The position numbers were made by a program, and so were the translations under genes. Under the pieces are notes generated by a model. That model saw only the letters and a program-made list of their open reading frames with translations. It had not been told where the DNA came from and did not search any database. From Methylotenera sp. (lineage in GTDB: Bacteria; Pseudomonadota; Gammaproteobacteria; Burkholderiales; Methylophilaceae), in contig DAOOXC010000002.1 in the NCBI GenBank assembly GCA_035393325.1, positions 9,650-73,649 of the forward strand: DNA of 64,000 bases, given 5' to 3'. How positions within the stretch are numbered: the stretch's first letter is position 1; each line of letters starts with the position of its first letter. This document shows positions 1 through 9,397 of this stretch, in pieces.

Positions 1-1
1 G

Positions 2-883
2 CAATCTAAAACCTCACGCGCATTGCTGGGCTTAGAGGATGACCACATGGTGCCAGTGATTCGCAACCCACAAAAAGTGAACGATGATTCCGAAGCGGTG
101 TTTTACTTCCCTGGTTGTGGCTCAGAGCGTTTATTCTCAAACGTGGGCTTAGCCACCCAAGCCATGCTGTATGAAGTGGGCGCCATTACGGTGTTGCCCC
201 CGGGTTATTTGTGTTGCGGCTACCCACAAACTGCCAGTGGCAATCACGATAAAGGTCAAGAGATTACCGCTGATAACCGCGTGCTGTTCCACCGCGTGGC
301 AAATACGCTAAACTACTTAGATATTAAAACCGTCATCGTCTCTTGCGGCACGTGTATGGATCAACTACAAAAATACGAATTTGAGAAGATTTTCCCCGGT
401 TGCAGATTATTGGATATTCACGAATATTTAATGGAAAAAGACATGCGCTTGCAAGGCGTCACCGGCACGCGTTATATGTACCATGACCCATGCCACACGC
501 CGATGAAAACCTATAAACCGTTAGAAGTCACTAATAAGTTAATGGGCACCGATGTGGCGCTGAATGACCGTTGCTGTGGTGAAAGCGGCACGTTTGCAGC
601 CGCCCGCCCAGATATTGCCACACAAGTGAAGTTCCGCAAGCAAGAAGAGCTTGAAAGCGGTATGGCAAAAATGGGCTTAACCGTAGGCGCACCAGAGCAG
701 AATGTGAAAATTCTCACTTCATGCCCAAGTTGTTTGCAAGGTTTATCACGTTATAAAGATGATACCGGCATTGAGGCCGATTACATTGTGGTGGAGATGG
801 CGAAGCATATTCTTGGTGAGAATTGGATGCAGGATTATGTGGCGAAGGCCAATAATGGTGGGATTGAGAAGGTGTTGTTGTAA
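2..883 (+). CDS. C-terminal part of a large FAD-binding/(Fe-S)-binding oxidoreductase (GlcF/HdrB-like CCG cysteine-rich domains); 5' end lies outside the window
   Basis: Reading frame is open to the window start. Two CCG-type motifs (YLCCGYP, DRCCGESG) plus cysteine clusters CGTCMDQ and SCPSCLQG, typical of GlcF/LutA/HdrD-type Fe-S subunits. Confidence 0.7.
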   Translation, partial: QSKTSRALLGLEDDHMVPVIRNPQKVNDDSEAVFYFPGCGSERLFSNVGLATQAMLYEVGAITVLPPGYLCCGYPQTASGNHDKGQEITADNRVLFHRVANTLNYLDIKTVIVSCGTCMDQLQKYEFEKIFPGCRLLDIHEYLMEKDMRLQGVTGTRYMYHDPCHTPMKTYKPLEVTNKLMGTDVALNDRCCGESGTFAAARPDIATQVKFRKQEELESGMAKMGLTVGAPEQNVKILTSCPSCLQGLSRYKDDTGIEADYIVVEMAKHILGENWMQDYVAKANNGGIEKVLL

Positions 884-1395
884 TGTTAAGCCGTTTCGGC
901 ACTTTTTTACTAGGTACGGTTTCACTGTTTATATTTCTAGCAATTTTAACTATAGGAGTAATTCACTTCTTCTTCAATTTTGAACATCATAGTAGGCGTG
1001 CTGTAGTTGGAAATTTAAAAGAAGCCAAACAGTATGTTATAGATTTTAATAAAAATCATGGGCGCTTACCAAAAACTGAAGAGTTTAATAATTGGGCAAA
1101 TAACAAATTCGGCGACCCTGTACCATACGAATATCATAAATCCAATTTTCCAAGTGATTTGATTCGATTAGCAGGTGAACCACCATCAGGAGCATTTTAC
1201 TTTGACGCTTGGAATGGAGAGATTTTTGCTTATTATGCTTCTTGGTATAAAGATGGTAGTGTAGGGCTAGTTCCAGATAGAGAGTATTATTTTGGAGGCT
1301 CAGCTTATATGCATTACCTGATTATATTTTTACCACTATTGATATTTTGGGCTATCGCTTTTTTCGCTCTTAGATATACCTTTGTACGTCGTTAA
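883..1395 (+). CDS. hypothetical membrane protein (N- and C-terminal TM helices), AT-rich gene
   Basis: 170-aa ORF whose ATG overlaps the upstream TAA (TAATG). Hydrophobic N-terminus (FLLGTVSLFIFLAILTIGVI) and C-terminus (LIIFLPLLIFWAIAFFAL). No family recognised. Confidence 0.5.
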   Translation: MLSRFGTFLLGTVSLFIFLAILTIGVIHFFFNFEHHSRRAVVGNLKEAKQYVIDFNKNHGRLPKTEEFNNWANNKFGDPVPYEYHKSNFPSDLIRLAGEPPSGAFYFDAWNGEIFAYYASWYKDGSVGLVPDREYYFGGSAYMHYLIIFLPLLIFWAIAFFALRYTFVRR

Positions 1396-1517
1396 ATTAA
1401 GAAACGTCTAATTTCGCCCCTTAGCGAGATACTTTTTCTTGCCTCGCCAAGTAAAAGTATCCAAAAAGAAGGCGACCCCGCTACCGCTTGTATCCTCGAT
1501 TTTTAATTTAGCTTAGG

Positions 1518-1588
1518 CGGCAGCCGAACTCACCCTAACAAGCCACACAAACCGTGGCTTGTTGCGGAGTTCAAACATGCGTCTGCCG
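1518..1588 (+). other. nested long hairpin in noncoding DNA (CGGCAG..GAACTC..CAAGCCAC-loop-GTGGCTTG..GAGTTC..CTGCCG)
   Basis: Three concentric complementary segments read directly from the sequence. It lies in the 462-bp gap between two AT-rich ORFs. Confidence 0.35.
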
Positions 1589-1694
1589 AAATCTCCCAAG
1601 CCAAATTAAAAACCCACGGCGCGTCAGAAGGGGGATTATTAAGCCCATAATGTTGAGTCAAAAATTTTCAATTTTTGACTCATTTTTTAGCAAA

Positions 1695-1760
1695 CATCAT
1701 TTAAACTCCTCTGTAAGCCTTATTCCATGCGGCTTGCAGGGCATCAAAAATCTCTCGGGG
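1695..1760 (+). repeat. REP-like hairpin repeat, copy 1 (forward orientation)
   Basis: CATCATTTAAACTCCTCTGTAAGCC-TTATTCCATGC-GGCTTGCAGGGCATCAAAAATCTCTCGGGG, followed by ATTTTTTT. Confidence 0.85.
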
Positions 1761-1857
1761 ATTTTTTTATTATTTTTAATCATTTTTTTTGTTTGACGCA
1801 GAGGGTTGCGTTGGTTAGTATTCTGAGCAAAATCACCACAAATTAAAGGGGTAAGTC

Positions 1858-2253
1858 ATGCTGATTATTTTCATTGTTATTAACATTATTTTGCTGGTGA
1901 TGATGTTTTTAGCACGCTCTGCGCTACAGTCTTTTTTGTCAAAGCATCAAGCGATGAACTCAGCCGAGGCGATGGCAGATTTTAAGCTAGTGGCGCGCAT
2001 GAATATGTATGGTGCGTTGGTGTATTTGGTGGGTGGTTTGGCGGTGCTGGCTATGGGGGTAATGTTGGTGATTAAAATGGGCATTATCGGGATGCTGGTG
2101 GCGATACTATTTAGTTTGCCTTCGTTGTTTTTAAGTTTAAATGTTAAAAAGTTAGAAGAGAATAGTAAAAGTTTGCCTTGGGAGCAATCGCTAAATGATG
2201 AATACGAACACGTAAAAGAAGTTTGGGTGAAAAAAGCGTTGCCAGATTTTTAG
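1858..2253 (+). CDS. hypothetical small membrane protein
   Basis: 131-aa ORF with an AAAGGGG RBS-like motif upstream and three hydrophobic segments. No family recognised. Confidence 0.5.
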   Translation: MLIIFIVINIILLVMMFLARSALQSFLSKHQAMNSAEAMADFKLVARMNMYGALVYLVGGLAVLAMGVMLVIKMGIIGMLVAILFSLPSLFLSLNVKKLEENSKSLPWEQSLNDEYEHVKEVWVKKALPDF

Positions 2254-2322
2254 GTGGTTTGGGGCTGGTTTAAGTTAAAATAGCGCTAATTTCATTGAAA
2301 TTTTACTGAGCGAGCATTGATT

Positions 2323-3417
2323 ATGTCGGGCAATACCATAGGCACACTTTTTACCTTCACTTCGTTTGGCGAGTCGCACGGCGCGGCTATTGGCGGCGTG
2401 GTGGATGGTTGCCCACCGGGTTTAGCGTTAAGTGCTGAAGATTTGCAAATTGATTTAGACCGCCGCAAACCGGGTACTTCACGCCACGTCACGCAGCGCA
2501 GCGAGGCCGACGCGGTGGAAATTTTATCTGGTGTGTTTGAAGGCAAAACTACAGGTGCGCCCATTGGTTTGCTCATTCGCAATACCGACCAACGCAGCCA
2601 AGATTACAGCAAAATCATGAATACCTTCCGCCCCGGCCATGCGGATTACACTTATACACAAAAATACGGCGTGCGCGACTATCGCGGTGGTGGACGTTCT
2701 AGCGCACGAGAAACAGCAGTGCGCGTAGCGGCGGGCGCAATTGCAAAAAAATGGCTAAAAGAAAAATTTGGTGTGCAAATTCGCGGGTTTTTAAGCCAAT
2801 TGGGCGAGATTGAAATTCCGTTTGTGAGTTGGGATGCGCTAAACGACCTTGAAAACAAATTGTTTTCCCCTAATTTAGAAATCATGCCAAAGCTTGAAGC
2901 GTATTTAGATAATATCCGCACTGAACGCGATTCTGTTGGCGCAAAACTCACCGTAGTGGCTGAAGGCGTGCCTGTAGGCTTAGGTGAGCCGATTTTTGAT
3001 AGGCTAGATGCGGAAATTGCCTATGCCATGATGAGCATTAACGCGGTGAAGGGCGTAGAAATAGGCGATGGTTTTGCCAGTGTGGCGCAACGCGGCAGTG
3101 TGCATTCCGATGAAATGACGCCAGAAGGCTTTGTGAGCAATCACGCAGGCGGCATTTTAGGTGGAATTTCAACAGGTCAAACCATTAGCGTCAATGTGGC
3201 GTTTAAGCCTACTTCCAGCATTCCGCAAGAGCGTCGCTCGATTGATAAAGATGGCAATGCGGTGATGATGCAAACTACTGGCCGCCACGACCCGTGCGTG
3301 GGCATACGCGCTACGCCAATTGTCGAGGCAATGCTAGCTTTGGTGCTGATGGATCACGCTTTGCGCCATCGCGCGCAAAATGCGGATGTGGCATGTAAAA
3401 CCCCAAAGTTGGCTTAA
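2323..3417 (+). CDS. aroC: chorismate synthase
   Basis: [20 protein letters not shown]...GRHDPCVG, full-length AroC signature. ATG at 2323 preferred over the TTG at 2317 used by the ORF track. Confidence 0.95.
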   Translation: MSGNTIGTLFTFTSFGESHGAAIGGVVDGCPPGLALSAEDLQIDLDRRKPGTSRHVTQRSEADAVEILSGVFEGKTTGAPIGLLIRNTDQRSQDYSKIMNTFRPGHADYTYTQKYGVRDYRGGGRSSARETAVRVAAGAIAKKWLKEKFGVQIRGFLSQLGEIEIPFVSWDALNDLENKLFSPNLEIMPKLEAYLDNIRTERDSVGAKLTVVAEGVPVGLGEPIFDRLDAEIAYAMMSINAVKGVEIGDGFASVAQRGSVHSDEMTPEGFVSNHAGGILGGISTGQTISVNVAFKPTSSIPQERRSIDKDGNAVMMQTTGRHDPCVGIRATPIVEAMLALVLMDHALRHRAQNADVACKTPKLA

Positions 3418-3529
3418 ACGTAGGAAGTTGATTTAGGTCATGGTTTCTGTTGTTTAAAAGTTTGATAATGGTGGTGTGATTCGTCGTATTCGTAGCACAC
3501 ATAAAACAAATTTTTAATTAGGAGAACCT

Positions 3530-3766
3530 ATGAGTATTGAGCATCATGATTTAGTCCACGAATTTCCAGAACATCGCGAGAAAATTCACAGTTTAAAAAC
3601 CAGCAGTGCGCATTTTGCCAAGTTGTTTGATGAATATAATGTAACAACTAAAGCAGTTGAACACCTAGAAAATACAGGCGTGCCGGTATCTGACGTGGAT
3701 TTTGAACAGCAAAAGAAAAAACGTGCGCAGTTAAAAGACCAACTGTATTCTATGTTGGTTTCGTAA
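3530..3766 (+). CDS. DUF465 / YdcH-family small protein
   Basis: 78 aa. EFPEHREKIHSLKTSSAHFAKLFDEYN...KKKRAQLKDQLYSML resembles E. coli YdcH. GGAG RBS upstream. Confidence 0.8.
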   Translation: MSIEHHDLVHEFPEHREKIHSLKTSSAHFAKLFDEYNVTTKAVEHLENTGVPVSDVDFEQQKKKRAQLKDQLYSMLVS

Positions 3767-3790
3767 TCGTTCGTCAGCGTAAATCGCGTT

Positions 3791-3820
3791 AAAAAAAGTC
3801 GGCGTAAGCCGACTTTTTTT
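3791..3820. terminator. bidirectional intrinsic terminator
   Basis: AAAAAAA-GTCGGC-gtaa-GCCGAC-TTTTTTT. Confidence 0.85.
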
Positions 3821-3872
3821 GTTATTGTGCTAGCAATCAATATTTTAGCTTTTCACCTAGTAGAAACCCATT

Positions 3873-5042
3873 TTGAGCCATAAACTGCACTTTAATCTAT
3901 CCCGTTTTTACTTTATATACTACTTTTTTGTCGGCGCTTTTGTGCCTTATTGGGGGCTGTATTTAAAGTCAGAGCAACTGACCGAAGCCGACATTGGCAT
4001 TTTAATGTCTTTGTTTCAAATCAGCCGCATTTTTGCGCCCAATTTTTGGGGCTGGTTGGCAGACCATACTGCTAAACGCGTGGTGTGGATTAAATTGACT
4101 GCTTTACTTGGCTTGCTCGGTTTTGTTTTGGTGTTTTGGGCGCACGGTTTTTGGGTATTGTTTTTGGTGATGGCAGCCTTGAGTCTATTTACCAGTTCTA
4201 CACTGCCGTTATCCGAATCGCTCACTTTGGCGCATTTAGCCACCACCAACGGCCATTACAGCCGCATTCGCATGTGGGGTTCGCTGGGTTTTATTGTGGC
4301 GGCCGTTATTTTGGGCTTTATGACCGATATTTTTGGCATCAAAAGCTTATTGTGGTTTTTGCTGGGCGTGCAAATCACGTTATTCGCGCTCACTTTTAAA
4401 TTACCTGAGGCTAATATAGCCCCGCATGCGCATGACCACTTTAATATTTGGCAAGTGGTCAAGCAGCCTAATGTGATTGCTTTGCTAATTGGCTGCGCGC
4501 TGATGGTCACCGCGCATGGTGTGCTATATAACTTTTATTCCATTTATTTAGAAAAACACGGCTATAGCAAAACCGCTATCGGTTTATTGTGGTCAGTAGG
4601 GGTTATCTGTGAAATTGGCATTTTTATGCTCATGCCAAAAATCATGGCACGGTTTAGCTTAAAAACAATTTTGCTAGTGAGTTTGGTTTTAGCGGTTATT
4701 CGCTTTAGCTTAATTGGTGCTGCGGTAGATAGTTTATTCCTGATTATTTTGGCACAGACATTGCATGCTGCTACCTTTGGCAGCTTTCATGCCGCTTCGG
4801 TGGAAGTGATTACGCAGTATTTTAACGGGCGACACCAAGCCAAAGGCCAAGCGATTTACAACAGCGTAGCCTATGGCGTGGGCGGCACGGTGGGCGGCTT
4901 AGCTGGCGGCTATGGCTTGCAATATCTAGGTGGGCAAGCTACTTTTGCCCTCGCTGCTGTTTTTCCGTTTATAGGGTTTTTGGTCATTTATCTGGGGTTA
5001 AAACTCACGTCAGATAGCCAAACTAAGGGAATGTTTAGATGA
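3873..5042 (+). CDS. MFS transporter (HcaT/PPP-like, MFS_1_like)
   Basis: 389 aa, about 12 hydrophobic helices. N-terminus LSRFYFIYYFFVGAFVPYWGLYLK is typical of this MFS subfamily. TTG start assumed. Confidence 0.8.
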   Translation: MSHKLHFNLSRFYFIYYFFVGAFVPYWGLYLKSEQLTEADIGILMSLFQISRIFAPNFWGWLADHTAKRVVWIKLTALLGLLGFVLVFWAHGFWVLFLVMAALSLFTSSTLPLSESLTLAHLATTNGHYSRIRMWGSLGFIVAAVILGFMTDIFGIKSLLWFLLGVQITLFALTFKLPEANIAPHAHDHFNIWQVVKQPNVIALLIGCALMVTAHGVLYNFYSIYLEKHGYSKTAIGLLWSVGVICEIGIFMLMPKIMARFSLKTILLVSLVLAVIRFSLIGAAVDSLFLIILAQTLHAATFGSFHAASVEVITQYFNGRHQAKGQAIYNSVAYGVGGTVGGLAGGYGLQYLGGQATFALAAVFPFIGFLVIYLGLKLTSDSQTKGMFR

Positions 5043-5698
5043 GTAATTACAAAATAATAAGAAATATTTTGGCACTAATCTGCCCATTTTTGGCAATGCA
5101 GGTGCATGCCGAAACACAAGTGAACGTGGTGGGATTGTTTAGTAATAAAGCGGTGGTTTCGATTAACGGTGGCAAGCCGAAAACATTGAGTGTTGGACAA
5201 ACGATGGATGGCGTAAAATTGCTGGCCGCCAACAGCCAAATAGCTACATTGCAGGTTGAAGGCAAAACGCAGCAGCTTGGTATGGGGCAAGCGGCATCGA
5301 TGGGAGGTGCAAATGCATCTAATGGTGTTGCTAGCGTCACACTTTATGCTGATCATCAAGGCCACTATATTTCTGATTGCACGATTAACGGTGCGAGTTT
5401 TAAATTTTTATTAGATACGGGTGCAACGATGGTAGCAATGAATAGTGGCGACGCTAAGTTTGCCAAAATTGACTACAAAAGCGGAACACCCATGCAAGCC
5501 AGCACCGCAAACGGCGTGGTGACAGGTTATAAAGTAACGCTTGCCAGCCTTAAAATTGGGGCGGTGACCTTAAACCAAGTTGAAGCGACTGTGCTGGAAG
5601 GCGGCTCACCACCGATTATTTTGCTTGGCATGAGTGCATTGAATAGATTGGATATGAAACGCCAAGATATTGCGCTGACGCTTACTAAGAAATATTAA
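5039..5698 (+). CDS. retropepsin-like clan AA aspartic protease (TIGR02281-like), exported
   Basis: Signal peptide, then FLLDTGATMVAMN (DTG catalytic motif) and ILLGMSALNRL. ATGA overlap with the upstream MFS gene. Confidence 0.8.
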   Translation: MSNYKIIRNILALICPFLAMQVHAETQVNVVGLFSNKAVVSINGGKPKTLSVGQTMDGVKLLAANSQIATLQVEGKTQQLGMGQAASMGGANASNGVASVTLYADHQGHYISDCTINGASFKFLLDTGATMVAMNSGDAKFAKIDYKSGTPMQASTANGVVTGYKVTLASLKIGAVTLNQVEATVLEGGSPPIILLGMSALNRLDMKRQDIALTLTKKY

Positions 5699-5709
5699 CC
5701 ACACAAACG

Positions 5710-6504
5710 CTAGTCAGTTTTATTATGAATACTGCGCTGTAAATCTAGCAGCGGTGTTTGGTCAACTTGAATCATGCCTTGTCGCGGGTGGTCAAGGTCA
5801 AGAATTGCATATACCAATAACGCTACCAAAAAAATCTTTAAATAAGTGATTTTTGAAACTCTAGGTTGCGCAATGCCTGCGTTAAAACCTATTACCCAAC
5901 TGGTCATGGTAAATACAATCGCCAGTAAGCCAAGCACCGCTTCTGGCACGTGGCGGCTAATCACTGCCGTGCGCCTGCCAAAAGAATCAATCATTTCGTT
6001 GAGAGACTGAATAAATAAGCCATAGGTGACGGGTGTGGCGTTTGCAGGCACAAGCTGCATGGTTTGCTGCCAAAGTTTATCTTGCGTCATGGTGGCTTGT
6101 TGCAACAATGGGTCGCGTTCTGTAGCGTTGTTGAGTGCAAGTTGGCTTGCACGCGCACGTAAATCCACATACTGGCGCATGGTTTGTTGTATTTCTGGTT
6201 GCGCTTGTTTGGGTAATAATTGGGTGCGCAAAAAAGCCGTACCAATCGCATTGGCTTCATCGACAACCGCATCGTTGCGGCTCTCAAAACGTTGCAGTGC
6301 TATAGAAAATGTAAACGCAATGAGTAGTGCCAAAATACCCAACAGTGAACTTTGTACAGAATCAATTTGCCCTTGATACGCCAAACCGACCTCTTTTTTA
6401 AGTCGCTTACCCAGCCAGTGGCCGATTTCACAAGCCACTATCATGCAAGCAAAAAGCTCTAGCGCAATGGTTAAACTGCTTAAGTTATAAATCATATTGT
6501 GCAA
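5710..6504 (-). CDS. DUF4239-like membrane protein
   Basis: 264 aa with N-terminal and C-terminal TM pairs flanking a soluble helical region, an architecture like DUF4239. The start may be ATG at 6495 instead of TTG at 6504. Confidence 0.55.
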   Translation of the reverse strand: MHNMIYNLSSLTIALELFACMIVACEIGHWLGKRLKKEVGLAYQGQIDSVQSSLLGILALLIAFTFSIALQRFESRNDAVVDEANAIGTAFLRTQLLPKQAQPEIQQTMRQYVDLRARASQLALNNATERDPLLQQATMTQDKLWQQTMQLVPANATPVTYGLFIQSLNEMIDSFGRRTAVISRHVPEAVLGLLAIVFTMTSWVIGFNAGIAQPRVSKITYLKIFLVALLVYAILDLDHPRQGMIQVDQTPLLDLQRSIHNKTD

Positions 6505-6636
6505 AGTGAAAAAAGATTGTGTTCTTAGGGTTTAGTGCGAAAAAAAGGGTCTGCCGATTCGACATTGCCAAGCTGAATTAAACGCTGGAATATGCAGTTT
6601 TGCAAGTACAAAAAATCAATTTTGGAGGCCAGTAAT

Positions 6637-7068
6637 TTACTTTTTAACTTGCGGCCAAGTGTTGATATGAATCGCCCCAAGTTCGTCTAAGTCTAATCTG
6701 GTAAAAGGCCGATGTTGCTGCAAGACGGTCTGCTCGTATTCAGCGCAAAACGGGTTGATGCTGACCATGTGACCAATGCGATTAGCGTATTCAATATTCT
6801 TTTTAGCGTCGGTCAGCCTGCCAAAACGCGAGGCCGACATCGCCGATAAAACAAATATACCGAATAAAATCCCCATTGTTGGCGGAACCAGCGTAAACGG
6901 CATTGCGCGATAGCCGATGATTACAGCAAGCGCGACTAAAAAAGAAGCCACGCAAATCAAAGCACTAGCGCCCCGCAGTTTGCTGGCTAATCGGCACAGT
7001 TGTGGCAAATCACCTGCGCCGAGCAACTCTTGGCGGCCACTCAATAAAATGCGCGCGATGTTTTTCAT
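6637..7068 (-). CDS. hypothetical membrane protein
   Basis: 143-aa ORF with two central hydrophobic helices. No family recognised. Confidence 0.45.
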   Translation of the reverse strand: MKNIARILLSGRQELLGAGDLPQLCRLASKLRGASALICVASFLVALAVIIGYRAMPFTLVPPTMGILFGIFVLSAMSASRFGRLTDAKKNIEYANRIGHMVSINPFCAEYEQTVLQQHRPFTRLDLDELGAIHINTWPQVKK

Positions 7069-7203
7069 GCTAAATATTCTAATCTAAAATCAATTTGCAA
7101 CGGCTATGTTTTGGTGCAACTTGCCAAGGTAACGCGTATTTTTGCCTACACTTCACCGGCACAATATTGAATATAATTAAAAGTGATATTGAGTAAAACT
7201 TGT

Positions 7204-7267
7204 CCGAGAGAAAATTATACGTCTGCAACCCGCATGCAGACTGGATTAGCGGGCAGGTGAAATGATT
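7204..7267 (-). repeat. REP-like hairpin repeat, copy 2 (reverse orientation)
   Basis: Reverse complement reads AAATCATTTCACCTGCCCGCTAATCC-AGTCTGCATGC-GGGTTGCAGACGTATAATTTTCTCTCGG. It lies 37 nt downstream of the stop of the minus-strand S4 gene. Confidence 0.8.
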
Positions 7268-7303
7268 TGTGTGAAAATTGGCTGAATTTATAATGAATTA
7301 TAG

Positions 7304-7525
7304 TTATTTTTGGGCAATGATTTTAATGGTACTTCCCATACATTCCACCACTTGCCCAGCGCGAATTTTGGCAGTTTTGCGTAGTTCAATTTCGCCATCT
7401 ACCGTCACCAAACCTTCGGCAACAAACGCTTTGCCTTGGCCGCCGCTGTCAGCAATACCTTCAATTTTGAGTAAATCGCATAGGGCGATAAATTCGTTTT
7501 TGAGTTCAAACGTGTTGATTTGCAT
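7304..7525 (-). CDS. S4-domain RNA-binding protein (YbcJ family)
   Basis: 73 aa. FIALCDLLKIEGIADSGGQGKAFVAEGLVTVDGEIELRKTAKIRAGQVV is the YbcJ-type S4 fold signature. Its start lies 2 nt after the cobU stop. Confidence 0.75.
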   Translation of the reverse strand: MQINTFELKNEFIALCDLLKIEGIADSGGQGKAFVAEGLVTVDGEIELRKTAKIRAGQVVECMGSTIKIIAQK

Positions 7526-7527
7526 GA

Positions 7528-8055
7528 TTATCCTTTCAGTTTAAGCGGCAGCCCAGCGGCAATAAAAGTTACTTGGTCTGCCAATTGCGCCACTGCTTGG
7601 TTGAGGCGGCCTTGTTCATCTTGAAATTGGCGGTTGATTTCACCTAGCGGCACAATGCCCATGCCCACTTCGTTACTCACAATAATGACCGTGCCTGCAA
7701 GCTTTGCTAGCGCGTCGAGCAGGGCTTGGCGTTCGGTTGGCCAATCGAATGTTGGTGGGCGCTCACAATCAGGGCAAATGCATTGTGCAAGCCAAAGTGT
7801 CAGGCAGTCTATAATAATGCATGGGTCTGGTTTGGCAGTGTTGAGTAAAGTGGCACCCAAGTTAAACGGTTGCTCAATTGTGCGCCAATCGCTGGGGCGA
7901 CGCGCTTTGTGGTGCGCCACGCGGTTGCCAAATTCGGCATCGTAAATTTGCGCGGTGGCAATATAAGTGACGGGTTGCGCAGTTGCGATGGCGAGTTTTT
8001 CAGCATAAGCGCTTTTGCCTGAGCGTGCGCCGCCAAGAATCAGATGAATCGGCAT
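7528..8055 (-). CDS. cobU: bifunctional adenosylcobinamide kinase / adenosylcobinamide-phosphate guanylyltransferase
   Basis: ILGGARSGKSAYAE P-loop at the N-terminus, 175 aa, CobU/CobP length and motifs. Confidence 0.9.
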   Translation of the reverse strand: MPIHLILGGARSGKSAYAEKLAIATAQPVTYIATAQIYDAEFGNRVAHHKARRPSDWRTIEQPFNLGATLLNTAKPDPCIIIDCLTLWLAQCICPDCERPPTFDWPTERQALLDALAKLAGTVIIVSNEVGMGIVPLGEINRQFQDEQGRLNQAVAQLADQVTFIAAGLPLKLKG

Positions 8056-8058
8056 GAC

Positions 8059-8661
8059 TTAATAATCAACGCCAGGCTGTGCTTTAACGCCTGCACGGTA
8101 GGCATGTTTGATGTCCATGACTTCGCTCACGGTATCAGCCAAATCAATCAACGTTTGCGGCGCGGCGCGGCCGGTGACCACCACATGCTGCATGGATGGT
8201 CGGGCAGCGATGTCGGCCAACACTTGAGCAGTGTCCAAATAACCGTAACTCAATGTGTAGGTGAGCTCGTCTAGCACTACAAGGCCAATTTCTGGGTTTT
8301 GCAACATTTGTTTGGCAATTTTCCAACCTGCTTGCGCGGTTTTGGTGTCGCGTTCACGATCTTGCGTATCCCATGTAAAGCCTTCGCCCAGCACGTGCCA
8401 TTGCACATTGGCTTGTTTGGAGAAAAAAGCCTCTTCTCCCGTATCGCTGCGGCCTTTGATAAATTGCGCCACGCCTGCCTTCATGCCGTAACCCAGCGCG
8501 CGCGCCACCATGCCAAAAGCAGAAGAGCTTTTGCCTTTACCATTGCCGGTGAGCACTAATAGCAAACCTTTTTCCTGGTCGGCTTGGGCTATCGTTTGGT
8601 CAATATGCGCTTTTTTGCGCTGCATACGTGCGGTATGTTTGGTGTTTTTGTCGTCTGTCAT
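8059..8661 (-). CDS. cobO: cob(I)yrinic acid a,c-diamide adenosyltransferase (BtuR/CobO)
   Basis: LVLTGNGKGKSSSAFGMVARALG...LVVLDELTY, CobO/BtuR signature, 200 aa. Confidence 0.9.
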   Translation of the reverse strand: MTDDKNTKHTARMQRKKAHIDQTIAQADQEKGLLLVLTGNGKGKSSSAFGMVARALGYGMKAGVAQFIKGRSDTGEEAFFSKQANVQWHVLGEGFTWDTQDRERDTKTAQAGWKIAKQMLQNPEIGLVVLDELTYTLSYGYLDTAQVLADIAARPSMQHVVVTGRAAPQTLIDLADTVSEVMDIKHAYRAGVKAQPGVDY

Positions 8662-8730
8662 CTTGGATATTCTAAATAAAAAAACCGCGCTAGTGACTCA
8701 CCAACGCGGCTTGATATTAGTTAATAAAAA

Positions 8731-9309
8731 TTAAGCTGCGGCAGCAGTGTTCACAATTATGCCAAGTTTTGGCAATGCTTTAGCGGCTGCCCAAAACGCG
8801 ACTAAATACATCGCGGTGTAACCCATGTGGCTTGGTAGGTAGTTCCAACCGTATTGTATGGTTTCTAAAATGCCAGTATTAGGGAAGCGGCCAGAAAACA
8901 AATAATACGTTTGGGTGGAAATGACAAACGCCAAAAAGGTGGAAATAACACTCGCCAAGGTGAACTTTAGCGCATCCAAACGGTTACTTTGGCGGCCAAG
9001 CCACATGCCCGCCAACCACATCACGGCGTAGGTTGGCAGCATGCCCCAATAACCAGCGGTTAAGCAAAAAGCAAAATAGCTATCTGCGCTGGCGGCCCCG
9101 AAATCAATGAGTGTAGCTAACACGGTAAAGAACACAAACCAGTTAATTTTGCGTAGCAACATGCCACCCACTAAAAAAAGCGCCAAACTCGCATCCGGCA
9201 AAGATACATGCGTGAGCACGTGGCTACCACGCGTGAGGAGCATGATAAACGCCACGACAGCGGCAATCATGAGTGGTTTTGCATAAGGTTGTTGTGCTGA
9301 TTGTTGCAT
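8731..9309 (-). CDS. six-TM membrane protein inside the B12 operon; candidate BtuM-like (ECF-S-like) cobalamin transporter
   Basis: 192 aa, about 6 hydrophobic helices, a single cysteine (Cys82 in YFAFCLTAGYWG). It sits between btuB and cobO under the cobalamin riboswitch. The family assignment is inference. Confidence 0.5.
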   Translation of the reverse strand: MQQSAQQPYAKPLMIAAVVAFIMLLTRGSHVLTHVSLPDASLALFLVGGMLLRKINWFVFFTVLATLIDFGAASADSYFAFCLTAGYWGMLPTYAVMWLAGMWLGRQSNRLDALKFTLASVISTFLAFVISTQTYYLFSGRFPNTGILETIQYGWNYLPSHMGYTAMYLVAFWAAAKALPKLGIIVNTAAAA

Positions 9310-9397
9310 GTTGTTCTCCGTAAAAGACTTATTCTAGCGCTTTTATTTAAAATGAAATAATACCATTTTTAGTCATCATTTAATGTCAAAAGCCAAA

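Noticed and set aside
1554-1796. 80-aa ORF in the 1396-1857 spacer
   Set aside because: It runs through the nested hairpin and REP-like copy 1. Its odd composition suggests an artefact of translating repeat DNA.
8662-8730. Possible internal terminator between the BtuM-like gene and cobO (minus strand CCGCG-N18-CGCGG followed by T7)
   Set aside because: The stem is only 5 bp with a large loop, which is too weak to call. It may at most attenuate read-through.
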